From the NCBI GenBank assembly GCA_951406725.2, contig OX597826.1, forward strand, positions 15,500,001-15,564,000: 64,000 nt of DNA, in the 5' to 3' direction. Positions 27,919 through 42,224 of this stretch are shown here, piece after piece. The DNA is from Octopus vulgaris. Lineage: Eukaryota. How positions within the stretch are numbered: position 1 is the first letter of the stretch; each line of letters opens with the position of its first letter. Made by a program: the position numbers and the translations under genes. The notes beneath the pieces are model-generated. The model was not told where the DNA came from and made no database searches. It saw nothing but the letters and a program-made list of their open reading frames with translations.

Positions 27919-29674
27919 ATTTTTTATTTATTGAATTATATATTTATTTAATTTTAATTTTTTTTATTAAATATAACTATAAAAAAGTATTAAAAAGTTT
28001 AAAATAAGATAAAAAGTAAAACCAGTACGATCGTTTCATGCCCATAACCTAATTCGAATAACAATAATTTAAATTCAATTAATAATTCGAATTATTGTTA
28101 TGGTCAATCTTCAGGTTAATGATAATATTTAAATAAATAATCAAATTTATTTAAACAATATTTTTTAAATAAATAAATAAAATAATAATACAAAATTATA
28201 GAATAAGACTTATTAAAATAAGTTTGGTAATGATTTAGTTATCGTAGTTTATTTAACTATTAGATTTAAAGTTTATTTGTAAGACTTTACTTAGCCAAAG
28301 AGATATAAAGATCGTCAATAGTAATACGAGATTTTTTAAAGTTAGGTTTAATGTATATACATTTATTGATTGCATAAATTTTAGTCTTTAATAATTATGT
28401 TTGTTGATAGTTATTTTAAATATTTTATAATTGTTATTATAACTTATATATTGCTTTCTTCAATTGATAATTTGTAGTAGTATTTTTTCATTGATAAATA
28501 TATTCGTAGTATTTATTGGATACTGTATAACTACGGATTGATTATTTCATTAAGTATTTTATTATTTCATTTTAGTTCTGAACTATACGGTTTTTGTAAG
28601 TTATTAATTAGCCAACAATATATATAGATCATTAATTAGTTATAGCGTTCTTTTAAGATAGTTTGTTTGTTTGTATACAATTTGCTTTTTCATCTTTAAT
28701 CTTTTAATATATTTCATTAGTAATAATGAATAATTAGTTTATTAGGTTTTTATTATAAGTACATATATATTTATTGATAGAGATAATTTTAGATCTTAAT
28801 TCTAAATAAGAAAGAAGAAAACAAAGGACCACTGATGCGGTCACAGGAGTGCATTGGTAATTTAGTTATTATTCAAATATTATATAATTATTTGATACGA
28901 AATTAAATTTAATAATATGAATAGTGATTATATATTTTTTTTTTTAGTTTTTGTTAAGTATTTAGGTAATTAGATATTGACTATAACTGAGATTAGATTA
29001 TTTGTGTGTATATTATGTTTTTTAAAACCATATTATATCTGAATAGATGAATACAGTTTCCATCTGTTCTTACCTTAAAAATTAATAATTATTAATTAAA
29101 AATTAATATTTAACATTATCGATTGTATGACATAATCATAATCGTTAAAGTTTCTAGTTTGATAATAGAGTTTCTTATGAGAAAAAATATTATTTTATTT
29201 ATTTCTTAAAAAAATATTGTTCAAATATATTAGATTATTTATTTAAATATTATCATTAACCTGAAGATTGACTATAACCATAATTCGAATTATTAAATGA
29301 ATTTAAATTATTGTTATTCGAATTAGGTTATGGGCATGAAATGATCGTAGTGGGTTTTACTTTTTTTCTTATTTTAAACTTTTTAATACTTTTTGATAGT
29401 TATATTTAATAAAAAGAAATTAAAATTAAATAAAGATATAATTAAATAAATAAAAAATAAAAATAAAAATAGATATAAAATATATATATATATATAAGTT
29501 TAGAAATATAAATTGATAATTTAAAATTTAAAAAATTTTAAACTTTAAATTTAAATAATTTAATTTTGAATATAATATTTTCTATATTTTGTATATCATA
29601 TTAATTAACGTTATTTCTATGTTTTCGTTTATGTTTTTCACTGTTTGATTTGACTAATAGTGGTTTTATCTCTA
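27640..29674 (+). mobile_element. Degenerate, extremely AT-rich Penelope-like element with inverted pseudo-LTRs (~27706-28188 / ~29188-29674)
   Basis: ~480-bp arms are reverse complements; each holds a CTGAAGA...GAAA(c/t)gatcgTA HHR-like core; left end is homologous to 63755-63870; possible C..C GIY-YIG C-terminal remnant (CILCFLKPYYI) near 29006. Confidence 0.7.
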
Positions 29675-29675
29675 A

Positions 29676-29743
<68 letters not shown>

Positions 29744-29744
29744 A

Positions 29745-30607
29745 GCAATACTAAGACAACAAAATAATGAAAGAGACCTCGATATTATGTAAATAGAAGA
29801 ATGTATCTGTAAATATATGTGACAATTATACGGTAGCCATGATAAAACTCCAAATTTCCGATGTTTGGTCGGAAACCCGTACCGGCATCTCTTCAGTTAT
29901 CCGGCCATCGAAACATGCTATGAAAATGACCGTTAAATGATGGGAATTACTGTGTGTTTAAGATAAAAGAGCTATTAGAATGATCGCTAAATAAGGGGAG
30001 GGAGTAAAAGGTGAAGGACTACAAATGCTCATTGCAATCGCGTAAGCGCGCATGTCAATACATACACATGTGCGCCCACACACCCACGTACATGTGCCTA
30101 TAGGCATATGCTCATCCACACTCACTTGAAACACACACACGCTCACCCACACATTCGCCAAAAGATATATTCATACCCGCACACATGCTTCCACACACAC
30201 ACACACAAAAAAGGTTCATATACACGTCTGTATATGCACATGCACAAGAAAAAAACAGAGTGAAAGGCAAAATACAGAAAGATATGTGTTTCAAGTGAGT
30301 GTGGATAAGAATATGCATTTTGGCACATATAAGTGGATGTTCGGGCGCGCATGTGTATGTATGGACATGCGCCTTTAAGCGATTGCTATGAGCATTTTTA
30401 CTCCTTTACTTTTTACTCTCTCCCCTTCTTAAGCGGTCATTCTAATAGCTCTTTTGTCTTAATAACGGGCAATCACATAGTAATTTCCCTTTGTTTAATG
30501 CCCATTTTCATTTTTTGAAGGCCCAATAACTGAAAAGATGCCGGTGCGAGTTTCTGCCCCGACATCTGAAACTCGTAGTTTTATCATGGCTACCGAATAA
30601 TTGTCAC

Positions 30608-30612
<5 letters not shown>
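29745..30612. mobile_element. Inverted-repeat PLE-like cassette (arms ~29815-30137 / ~30285-30612) with an HHR-like motif in each arm
   Basis: Reverse-complement arms by eye; minus gataa CTGAAGA gatg..catc gGAAA..ttatc (29841-29901) and plus counterpart (30525-30585). Confidence 0.68.
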
Positions 30613-30682
<70 letters not shown>

Positions 30683-30934
30683 GTGTGTGTGTGTGTGTGC
30701 ATCATTGTATTTGGGGAGAGTCATTCTCTCCTAGTGCCTTGTTAACGGCTATTTAAAAGGTTGCAAGACGCAACGAAAATTTTATAAGAAATAAGTAAAT
30801 GAGTGGGAATCGGTGAATGTGTTAAATAATAAGGCACTAAAGGAGACTGCCTTTCCTCGGACACAATAAAATATGTTTCAGCTCATGATTTCACATAAAG
30901 AACCTTCCAAACCAAACACAAAAACGAAATATAT

Positions 30935-31400
30935 ATATATATATACAAAATGGGACAAGAATGCAAAACATTCAAATAGACGATACAAAAAAACGGACGG
31001 GTCATTCGAAACCTCTAATCTTCAGTCAAGAGAGGGATCATCATCGCAATTTCGGCTGATTAATCTTGAGATTGCTCCGATCTGGCCAGCCCCAAGGAAA
31101 AACTAAGCTCCGAGAATTAGATTTCTTGGAAAAAGGATCGAATGTATACGAAACAAGGACAGAAAACGGACGATGTTACACGAATATAAATACAAAAAAC
31201 AAAAAATAATACAAATATAAATACAAAAAACAATGATAATAATAATAGCAGGACAAAACAACAGGCGTGTTTCGACTCTAGACAGTTGAACTTAACTGGC
31301 GTATTTGAAAATTAATGCCATACGACAGACGAAGAATGCGATGTTGTCGTGGCGCTGGTCAGAAGCGGAAAGGCTATAGCCAGCGGTCACGTGAGAAGAG
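30935..31400 (-). mobile_element. Repeat-family fragment shared with 43885-44160, probably a PLE terminal region
   Basis: ATTGCTCC(G/A)ATCTGGCCAGCCCCAAGGAAA..TAAGCT and GAATGTATACGAAA shared by both copies. Confidence 0.6.
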
Positions 31401-31573
31401 AAGAGAAAAAAGGGGCAAAGGAATTAAAGAGAGGGAGAAAAGAGAAATACAGAGACAGTGAAGTACAAAGTAAGAAAGACAGAGAAAGTGTGTGTAGAAG
31501 TCGTACAAAGTTTAGTGGAATATATATATATATATATATATTGAGAGAGAGAGAGAGAGAGAGAGAGACGGAC

Positions 31574-31625
<52 letters not shown>

Positions 31626-31647
31626 ACACACACACATATAAATATAA

Positions 31648-32365
31648 TTTAAAATAAGCAGAAAATGCAGAAAACTTTTGACCAACAAATAAATTGACCA
31701 ACATCGGTTAATTATTTTTTAATACAAAACTTAACATTGCTTACGGCCATTTCGGCTACCAATATCAGTCGATGCCTACAAAGACAAATCCAAAAATAAC
31801 ATTCGTCATCATTATAGCACATTCGTTGGGGTAAATAGTAAAATCTAGAAAATAATCTAAAGAAACAATTTGTGGGTCATGTCTTTTTTACAGGTGTACC
31901 AAGGTGTATAAATAATCGTAAAACCAGTGCTAATGCTTTACTTTAGCTCTTATTTTATTTTACTATCATTTATACACCCTGGTACCCCTGTAAAAAGAGA
32001 TAACCCGCAAAGTAGTTCTCTAGATTATTTGCTTGTTTACTCGTTTGTCCATCTGCTTCAATCTCTACATTGCAAAATGGTATGATTCTAATATATTGAA
32101 TAGTCTTGCCTCATATCTAGCCCCTGTTCTTTCCTCGTTCCTCTTCCCTTCTTTTATTTAATGTATTTCTATTCACTCTGATGAAGCCCTACATATTAGA
32201 TCGAATGTGCTATAAAGATGACGAATACTGTCTTCGGAATTTTCTTTGTAGTCCACGAAATTATCGTAAGCAATATTAAGTTGTGTATTAAAAATAATTA
32301 ACCAATGTTGGTCAATTTGCTAGCTTGTTGATCAAAATTTTTCTTAAATTTCTGCTTATTTTAAA
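31648..32365. mobile_element. Nested inverted-repeat cassette (outer 31648-31745 / 32265-32365; inner 31851-31923 / 31958-32029) with degenerate HHR-like core
   Basis: Reverse-complement arms; CTGATGA at 32178 and GAAAttatcgTA at 32257. Confidence 0.62.
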
Positions 32366-33040
32366 TCTGATTCGGATAAACACATGTTTATTCTGTTATT
32401 TCCTGCACACTATGAGCATAGTGCGCTTGTATAACCACGACCAGGGTTAACATAGGTAATTCATACCGGTAGTAGGAACGAATATTCTTATCCCTTAGAC
32501 AGTTATTCCCACCGCTATCCCTGCTTACCTATCTATGTATATAGTTAATGTTAACCTTATAAATAGCCAATTACGTAGCGAAGACTGTGAAAGTAACCGT
32601 GATTTACCACTACGCTAACAGGTAAAAACAAGTTTTATTATCTTATATATATATATTAGTATTATTATTATTCTAAGCTCCTTCTTCTTTTTCTTCTTCT
32701 TCTTCTTCTTCTTCTTCTTCTTCTTCTTCTTCTTCTTCTTCTTCTTTTTCTTCTTCTTCTTCTTCTTTTTCTTCCTCCCTATCAAGAATTCACGACGACC
32801 TCGAAACCACAAGAGTAAACAAGAGAGAGAGAAACAAGCAGAAACAAAGAAAATGCCACTTGTATTTGAACAGTATGCAAGAATTCTTTTAAAAAAACCT
32901 TTCTTTTAATCTTTCCAAAATTGAATTAAATCTTGGAAAGATTTTCCATACTTACAGTTGAAAAAGTCTCAATGACTGAAGCCGGTGCTAAAATGTTTTT
33001 TGTGATAAAATTATTTTGGCATTTTCTATCTTGACTTTTC

Positions 33041-33158
<118 letters not shown>

Positions 33159-33285
33159 ATATATACATACATTTATATATCTGTGCATATATATATATAT
33201 GTACATATATGTGCTATACATATACGTATATATGTGTGTGTATGTATATATAGAATTATATACATATACATATGCATATATTAAT

Positions 33286-33316
<31 letters not shown>

Positions 33317-34163
33317 GTAGCTTGGTATCCACTCCTTGCAGGGTAATTTTAACAGCTGGAATAGTACGCCCACATAAGTTGGATTTTATTCATCTTAATA
33401 GAGATTGTTCAAAATTTATTCCACTGCAACCACGCAATTGATAAATTTATTGATCTCTTTCTTTTTCCGGATACATTTTGTCCAGATTTATTTTTGCACT
33501 ACTCAGGTAAAACAATGCAGATTGTTTTAAATCATAGTTTTAAAATGTGAAGTGTGAACCTACAAATTGCTACTGTTTATAATTTCAAAATAATTGTCAC
33601 ACGTTATGATATTTAATTTAAGGAAGAATCATATCTTGTTTCTAGCACATCTAAGTATCACGTTGTATCTACTTTATCACTGTAACATGTATTGATGTTT
33701 TTAAATATTTTTTAATATATTTTTAAAAATATTGTATGGAGTGATGATGTGACCCCACCCAATCGGATTAATTGAGTAATATGTGTACGTTCGTGACTCT
33801 TCGTGTCTGTACGTGAGTGTACTCGTGTGTGAGAAAGAAATATATTTACTGACAGAAAGAAGTATATTTACTAACAGCAACAGATGCTATTGAAATAAAT
33901 TATCTTTAAAATACCTAGTTTGAAATAATCTATCACCCTAATAAAATTCCTTACACACATGCATACATACTCACTAACACACACATACACACACACACAC
34001 ACACACATACATACAGTGTCTGCAATATACTTTTACTGAGCGTGAATGTGGTAAAAATAAGTGCTTTAAACCTTACCATCAGAAAAGCGAAAAATTAAAT
34101 ATAGAGAGAGAGGGGAGATAGAGAAAGAGGGATAAAGAGAGAGACAGAGAGAGAGACAGACAG

Positions 34164-34200
<37 letters not shown>

Positions 34201-34695
34201 GAAAGAAAGAGAGAGAGTGAGTTCTATTCTATTGCTGTCATATATTCTGAAGTTTTAAACATAAGTGAAAAATTTCAAATGTCGTATATTGATGTACTCT
34301 TTCACACAGAATCCGAGTGTGTGATTCATACATTCCAGAAAAGTTTTAGGAAAATCTTACAGGGGTTAAAGTTTCATCTTTTTTACCCGGTCAGAAACCT
34401 TGATCTGTGCGTAACATCTATTGATCATAAAATCGAAGTAAACATTTAACGACGAAGTTTAAACAAAATGAAAGCAATGCATGAGAGTTAATACATTTAA
34501 AGAGAGAGAGAGAGAGAAAGAGATAGAGAGGGGGAGAGAAAGAGTGTGTGTGTGTGCGTGTGTGTGTCTGTAATAATGAGTTTGGTAAAAATATAGAATG
34601 ATGGTAACAAATAGTGAGTGGGAGAGTTGGCAATAAAAAGATGAGATTCTTCTCGTAGGAAATTATTATCATTATAATTATAATAATAATAGTAA

Positions 34696-34840
<145 letters not shown>

Positions 34841-35011
34841 TATTATTATTATTATAATTTACAGTTTCTCTTTCTCTTTGCAAAGAAGATTTCAAAAATG
34901 GAATTACTGTTTCTTCAGAACGCACCATCTATGCGGTGAGAACACACCGTAGTCTTTCAGGGCGAAACCCACATATATAACCACATACACTCGCACTTTT
35001 ATATATATGCA

Positions 35012-38000
35012 TGTTTGGGGGATAATAATAATAATTAAACACCCCTCCCACGTGATGAGTGGTATGTGCTAGTTGCTATAAATACTAAGTTATAGCAAGT
35101 CGAGTGTGTCAGTTGAGTAGTCAGTCGGGATAGTCGTGTCTTTATTTGTCTAACTAAATCTACTGCTATACTGGAGTGGACGTTATGAGAGTCCGACAGA
35201 GGATTATAACATTGGTAACGATGAATTAACAAACTCCCAAGAATTAAACAAACTCACAAGGAGTTACGAAACTCACAAAAGTTATTTTGTGCGAATTTTA
35301 CGCTATACATAATCGTAAAGTTATGGAAGATGTGTTTGGCCGATTTGTTTGAGTTGCTAAAACAGCAACAACAACAAGTGAAAGAACAACAACAGCAATT
35401 ATCATTACAGCAAAAATTGCTACAATTAATGAATAGTAACTCTCAAAAAATGAAAGATATTCTCGCAAATATTATGTTGCAAACTCAATAACGGAATTTA
35501 TGTATAAAACAGACGAAGGAGTTAAATTCGAGGTGTACTAGTGAAGGACCAAACAGATCTTCAATAAAGAGTGTACAGATTGCGACGACAATATGAAAAC
35601 GTGTCTAATCTTAAGAAAACTGGCAACAGGAGAATATGAACATAATTACGTACTCCCGAAAAAAAAGCCTTCTCATATAAGCTTTAAAGGCACAATAGAC
35701 ATATTGGGTAAAGGTTTTAACGAGAAAAGCTCATTGTTGAATACACGCTGGATTTGTTCGAACAGGACAACGAGGAGAACTACATCACATATATTGGTAG
35801 AGTTATTAACCATCGATACACACCGTCTCTTATTTAAATTTAAGCAGCTTCCATTCGGTGTAAAAGTGGTTCCTTCTATATTTCAGCAAGAAATGGATAC
35901 AATGCTGGGTGACTTCGCTATCGCATGTTTAGACGATATTCCAGTAAAAAGCGAATTACACAAAAAACGTGTAGAACACGAAGGTGGGTATTCAAAAATA
36001 TAACTGAGTACGGCTTCAAGATAAGTGAAGAAAAAATGGCGAATTTTTTCTGAAAAAGATTAAATGCTTGAGCCAGATAATAAATGAAAAAGATCTATCC
36101 AGAGCAACTGGGATAAATAATATGCCCACGCTGAATAATGTGACTATACTACCAGCATTCTTTTGTAAATTACTACCAAATTTTCACTTCCAATATAGCC
36201 AATGCAAGGAACCTGCTCAATGATTTGTTAAAGAAATATACAAATTGGTGTTGGACTGATAAGTGGCGGAAGGCATTTGACAAATAAAAATCAACGTAAC
36301 ATCGAACTTATCGTTAACGCATTTTGATCCAAAGTTGAATATTATATTGGCTACATATGCGAGAGTTTACAGTGTAGAAGCAGTGCTTCTGCACAAATAT
36401 GAGGCTGGAAGTATAACGGCTACAGGCCATGTGTAACGATCGTTATTACCGGCAGAAAGGAACTATAGTCAAATAGAAAAGGAAGCGTTATGAATCATAT
36501 TCGGTGCAAGAAAGTCAATAGCTTTATTTGTGGAGAGTGTTTCCGTCTACAAACGGATCTTCGCCCACTACTGTCAATATACGGTTCTAAAAAAGGAATA
36601 CCAACACACAGCGAATAGACTACAGTGATGGGGCACTACATTATTGAATTACGACTACAAAATTGAATATTTACTCTAAAAACAAACTAGGGCATGCGGA
36701 TGGTTTGTCTAGACTGACACGGAAACACTGTGAGCCATTCGAAGATACGGTAATAGCAGTTTTAAGAGCAGGAGGAGAAATAAAAAAATGTAAAGTGGAA
36801 TGTGGTACGCGAATAACCGGTTCCCCTAGAAGACATAGCAAAGAACAAATTCATAACAGAAGTGAAAAGAACACTGTAGTTAGGGAAAGTAAATAGGAAC
36901 AAGACTGGTGCGAAACGAAACCAAGACGTGAAGCTGTATTCAAATTGTGATGGTGAGAATAGTGTCCTGAGAATAGTGATATTCCCTAGAAGGTATGCAC
37001 AGAGAATTGTGATACACCAAATACTACAAAGGAAAATGTTGAGTGAATTTCATGTTGGACAACCTGGTATTTCGAGGATGAAAGCTTTAATGCATAATTA
37101 GATGCACTGGCCAAAAACGGATAGAGAAATTCAAAATTTGGTGAGAGGCAGTAGAGGATGTGATCTAGCAGCAAAATTACCGTTGCTAAAAAGTGAACCT
37201 TGGCCAAAAGTAGATGTTCCATGTTCGAGACTACACATCAATTTCTCTGGTCCCTGAAACGGTTCATATTATTTAGCGGTAGTGGATAGTTTCTCAAATG
37301 GCCAGAGATGTGTAAGTGTAAAAAACTAACCTCCTCAATTTCAACAAAGTTTCTACTCGAGCTGTTTGCGAGATTTGGAAACTCAGACGCAATAGTGTCT
37401 TACACTGTAAAACAATTTGTGTCATTTGAGCTTAAACACTTTTAAAACGTTTGCCGTAGAACATGTAACTACTGCGCTATACTCCCCCAGATCTAACGGA
37501 CAAGCAGAGCACTTTGTCAATACGTTCAAGAGAGCTCCAAGAAAGTTGAATAAGGAACGCACAGATGAGGTAGCTCTACAACAATTCTTAAGAGTATACC
37601 GTGTGAAACCAAATCCAAACACACCAGCTAGGATGTCAATAGCAGAGCAGATGTTTGCGAGGAAAATAAAATCCGTTTCCGACAAATTACTACCTGTGAA
37701 GAAAAGAAATATTTCAATGGGTAATACAGCAAGATATTTCAAAATTGGTGAAAATATATTTGTTTGGACATATAAGAACGGAAAACAAAGTTGCGAAGTT
37801 GGCGTGATTACCAAATGCATAGGAAAAATGCTATTCTTGGTAAAAGGAAAAAAGGGGTACACAAGAGACATATTAACCAACTAAAAGTAAATTCGTTGAT
37901 AGCGAACGTAAGGGAATGGAAGAACCATTGGAATGGTTATATGATACTTTTCAAGTACCAGCGCCACTACAAATAATTGAATCCAGATCCGCAAGCAAAA

Positions 38001-38100
38001 GAAAAAGAAATGTACAGAATTCCTGGAAGTGGATGCCAAACGAAAAAATATTAAATTTGAAAGTGTATGCAAAAAAATCACAAAAAGGGAGGTGGAATGA
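35012..38100 (+). mobile_element. Degenerate Ty3/Gypsy LTR retrotransposon (Mag-like): 5' LTR, PBS, gag, RT, RNase H, integrase, PPT
   Basis: TG..CA candidate LTR 35012-35211, then TGGTAACGATG PBS-like; gag LILRKL..EYE.NYVLPK; RT LTIDTHRLLFKFKQLPFGVK..PSIFQ..MD..CLDDI; RNase H AERNYSQIEKEAL; integrase SRLHINFSGP..YLAVVDSFS and YSPRSNGQAEHFVNTFK; purine tract 38082-38095; many stops and frameshifts. Confidence 0.9.
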
Positions 38101-38203
38101 TGTAAAATAATCAATAAAACAAGTAAAATTGCATTCTCTAAGATAAAAAAGAAAAACTTAAAAAAGAGACGTTATTAGTATAACGCTCAGGAATAGAAAA
38201 AGT

Positions 38204-38239
38204 CTTTTACGTTTCGTGCCTCCGCTCTTCTACAGAAAG
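38204..38239 (-). ncRNA. Minimal hammerhead-like motif with variant core
   Basis: Minus strand: cttt CTGTAGA a gagc ggag gcac GAAA cg TA aaag; stem I 4 bp perfect; same architecture as 44637-44671. Confidence 0.55.
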
Positions 38240-38261
38240 GGACACAGAAAAAACAAGGAGA

Positions 38262-38301
<40 letters not shown>

Positions 38302-38307
38302 TGCTAC

Positions 38308-38560
38308 ATGATTTTCTCCACAAAGCCCAAACAGCTTCTTTCTAATGGCCTCATCGATGGTAAAGCAATTTCACGTGTAACATCAACAAAATTCCTCAGC
38401 ATTCAGATTGATCAGTCCCTCAGTTTCAAAACACATATAAGAAATTTATTAAAACAAATTTCCGATACTCTTGGTATTTTCAACACAATTTCTTGCCTTC
38501 TTTCCGAAAATGTGAGAAACAGAATCACTTTTTATTAATCTTTAATTCTCTTAGTTACTG
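38308..38560 (+). mobile_element. CR1/L2-group LINE RT C-terminal fragment
   Basis: IDGKAISRVTSTKFLSIQIDQSLSFKTHI resembles the KFLG(V/I).ID..L.W..HI motif. Confidence 0.7.
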
Positions 38561-39133
38561 CCTGGAGAAATTGAAGTTCGCTTACTCAACCATGCCATTC
38601 ATTAATCACGGAAGATTTGAATAGATGTATATATATTAAGAGGAAACAGTTTTACAAAATTTACGGCAGAAAGTTACATAATTGAATAAATTTGAAGGTG
38701 AGTAATTTTTAAAAATATTTCAAGTGATTCTCTGCAGCAAAATTGCATGTTATCTCACATTCTTCTTAACGTTTCCCATACATATATAAGGGAACATGAG
38801 ATATGAAATGACATGACTGTGACCATGAGGTGCTGATAGTAAGTTGCAGTGCGGTAGAAATTTTGCGTTTAATTTTAAAGAAAGAACCGACATATAAAAG
38901 GCAGCGGTGCTTAAAATTCATTGAAGACTCACTATACAAAAACATCTGTAAATGTCTGATTATATCATGTAACATTATATACAAACTCATATAATATATT
39001 CAATAAATCTTTAGCCGATTGATGATCATTCTATATGTCTTTTTGTATTCATGCGTATTTATACATATATTCATAAATACATCTGTACGTACATACGCAT
39101 GTATGTGTGCACACACACACATACACTTACATA

Positions 39134-39190
<57 letters not shown>

Positions 39191-39200
39191 ATATACATAC

Positions 39201-39248
<48 letters not shown>

Positions 39249-40079
39249 GTACATATATATATGTATATATACACATATACACACATGTGTGTGCCTATCT
39301 TTGAGATAGAGGAATATTTAAAAACGATAAGGGGAAGTAAATAGAAAATATGAGTTATTTTTAGAACATTTATATTTAAAACAACTTGGAAAAATATTTG
39401 TTTGAAACCATAGAATTATTGATTCACTATTCCATACCCAAGGGTAATTGATTATTTGAAGCAACCAGAAGACCTTGTGATGGCGTCCAACGTAAATATA
39501 TCAGCGGTATATTTGGTGCCAAACGCGATGTAGACTAATCTGAGCAATCATTCTATATTTATTCCTGAATATACATACAACTTGACATTAATTTGTTTTT
39601 CTTTCGGAATTTCCAGGATTTCAAATATTAGAAGTTTAGCATTGTGATGTTTTATTAATATATTCCTCTTGCCCAGACACCTATACTATCAGTTTTATTT
39701 CTTTTGTTGGAGACTTATTTTATAAACGATTTCTATTTTGAGAATATTTACAAATAGTTTAGATAATCTTTAAGATTTTGTACTAAGTTAAAAATAATTT
39801 AGCACTGAGTGGAACTGGATTTAAAGAAATGCCAAAAAATTCAGCTTAAAAACATTTATGATATAAACGGAAATGAAATTCTTCAGAAACGCCTTTCTAT
39901 TCCGACAAATATATACCAGTCACTTACTGTATCAATACCAGTGATAATATCCTTTCCCTAGGGATATGTGTGTATAAAAGTTATAGTTTATATGCCATTT
40001 CTATTGACCACGTTTTAAAACAAAAACCAAAATCTTCACAACAGTATCTTCGCAATTAATTGTTGCTGATGCTGCTCTG

Positions 40080-40780
40080 AGACTTAACTGAAAGAATTAA
40101 AATTAATACTGTCTTCTTAGTCAATGTATATATTGATTAAGTCAGCTTGGCATGCTATATCTATGATCCAGCATCGTTTGTTTTCTTTCTATGTCTGGTT
40201 TCCTCATGGTTGCACCCGAATCATAAAATCCCATAAGAGTTTTGCATTATCATTTTCGATGATGACTTCGGATTTATGTCCGTACCAATTTTTTACTCTG
40301 TCATGTCCACACTTGTTGCAAAGTGTCCAATGGACAATCCTTGCTATGTTGTCATAGCGTCTCATATTCTTTCTGAGCTAGTGGCGTACATTGACTGGTA
40401 ATATACCATACGGTTTCACCATTTTGTCAAAAAATTCTGCACTTTTCACTTTCTGATGTGTTGTCTATTTTGTATATGGTGTAGTTGGATCATAATGCTT
40501 GCACTTCGGAAGCACAGATTACAGCCTCCGTTTCCGGTTTTAAATCACTTGTAGTCATCCACACCCATCTTTTTTCTCTGTATAATTTATCTTCAACATC
40601 CCTATGAAATTGTTCATGCATTCTTTTCATTATCCACCTATTTTAAATTTTATTCATTCTCAAGTCCTTGTTTTGTGCTTTATCTTTGCAATCTTCTATC
40701 CGACACAAGCTTTCTTACTTCCAATAATAGCGGTTCTGCAGCATTTTTTACATACCATGCTATGTTGTTTTCTTCTACTC
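40080..40780 (-). mobile_element. R4/Dong-clade RLE LINE fragment, degenerate
   Basis: Minus peptides WMTTSDLKPETEAVICA, KCRI..QNGETVWYITSQCTPLAQKEY, IARIVHWTLC, KLLWDF, CWIIDIAC (CCHC finger and PD..D endonuclease). Confidence 0.8.
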
Positions 40781-41097
40781 TACTCTAACGCTGTGTTCGA
40801 ATCCAATCAGTCCACTTCCACCTCTTTTTCTTGGTACATATATTCTGTCTTTGTCACCTTTTTTGTGGGTATCCCATATCTATTCTGCAACTTTGTTGTA
40901 ATTCTTCCCAAGCTGTTTAAGTCGTCTATTGTCCATGCCATTACCCATGCTACATATCTAAGGAGTGAAATCATCCAGATGTTAAGTTCAATAATAATGA
41001 TAATAATAATGATAATAATAATAACAACAACAACAACAACAACAACAACCACAATAATAATAATATTTATTATTATTATTATCATTATTATCATTAA

Positions 41098-41950
41098 CAG
41101 CTCTTAACGCTGGAGATGTACTATGGTGTCGGCTGTTCACAACCAGTAAACTATTTTTCGAGCACTAATCGGAGTATTCCGTTATAATGATGTAATTGGA
41201 GATTCGTATTCCAAAATGACAAACTATGCTTGACGAAGTTTTTAAATTACAGGATAAACTTTGAAGATATCCGGAGGTTTCAAGATCAATGAATACCGTA
41301 TGCTCTGAAATGTCTTTTGTAATCAATCCATGTGGAACTGAGATTTCTGAGAGTTCTGAGGGATCATGCAATTAATATGAAGCTCGTCAGTCTTTTCGTT
41401 CAATGGAGAAAATATCGTTCTCCTCCATAAATGCATAGAGGATACAGGTTAAGATGTTATAAGCGGTGCATTAACAGGTTATGGACCGATCGTTGTTTGG
41501 AATTTGGTTTTTAATATTCCTAGGGAGTAGGGCATTAATACTACTTGATAACCAGTCTGGTGTTTACTCAGGATCTCTTACAATTTCATTGAACAATAGA
41601 AGGAACATCTCATGTGCGCACGAGAGGGAAGATGCCACTGACATGTTTTCCCATGAGTGTTCTAGTAACTTTTGGTAGGATCCTTCTCTGAATCAGATCC
41701 AATCTGTATTTTCACTGTATGGTTTTTCATCACTCCAAATCTTTTTCCGAAATTGTTCAACTTCTTCCATGGAAGGTGGTCCTTGATTGCGTATTTTCAC
41801 CCATTTCTTTGTAGAATGTTTCGGCATAAGATTTGAACACCTAATTTAGATTATAAAAATTGTTTGTTCCCCCACCCAATCTTCGTCTTCTTTGAGCCTT
41901 GGCATGAACCTTTTGCTTCGGTCTTTCTTTTGTTGATATAAGTTCTGTTG
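41098..41950 (-). mobile_element. Second R4/Dong-like fragment (pre-RT and RT N-terminal region joined to 3' end), with TAA tail
   Basis: PPSMEEVEQFRKKIWSDEKPYSENTDWI and LLPRN..Q.PNNDRSITC..TAYNILTCIL (YRPITCL motif); ends in a (TAA)-like array. Confidence 0.68.
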
Positions 41951-42224
41951 AACTGATATCTGCGTACACACACGCACACAAACGAGCACGCACACATGCG
42001 AGCACACACACATACACGCACGAATACATAAACATGTACACACACACAGACACGCACACACAGAAGCAGGCACAAATAGAGATTCAGACGTAAACGCATG
42101 TGCAAAGAGAAATACACAGCATACAAAGACAAAATGGACTAAAGAGAACAGGAAGATAAACGTCTGATAGAAGAGACGCTGAAGAGGTTATGTACGTATG
42201 TGAATGGGCAAAATATACGTATAT

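Noticed and set aside
27640-29674. Mitochondrial insertion (NUMT) suggested by extreme AT content
   Set aside because: No recognisable mitochondrial gene, tRNA or rRNA; inverted arms with HHR cores fit a Penelope-like element better
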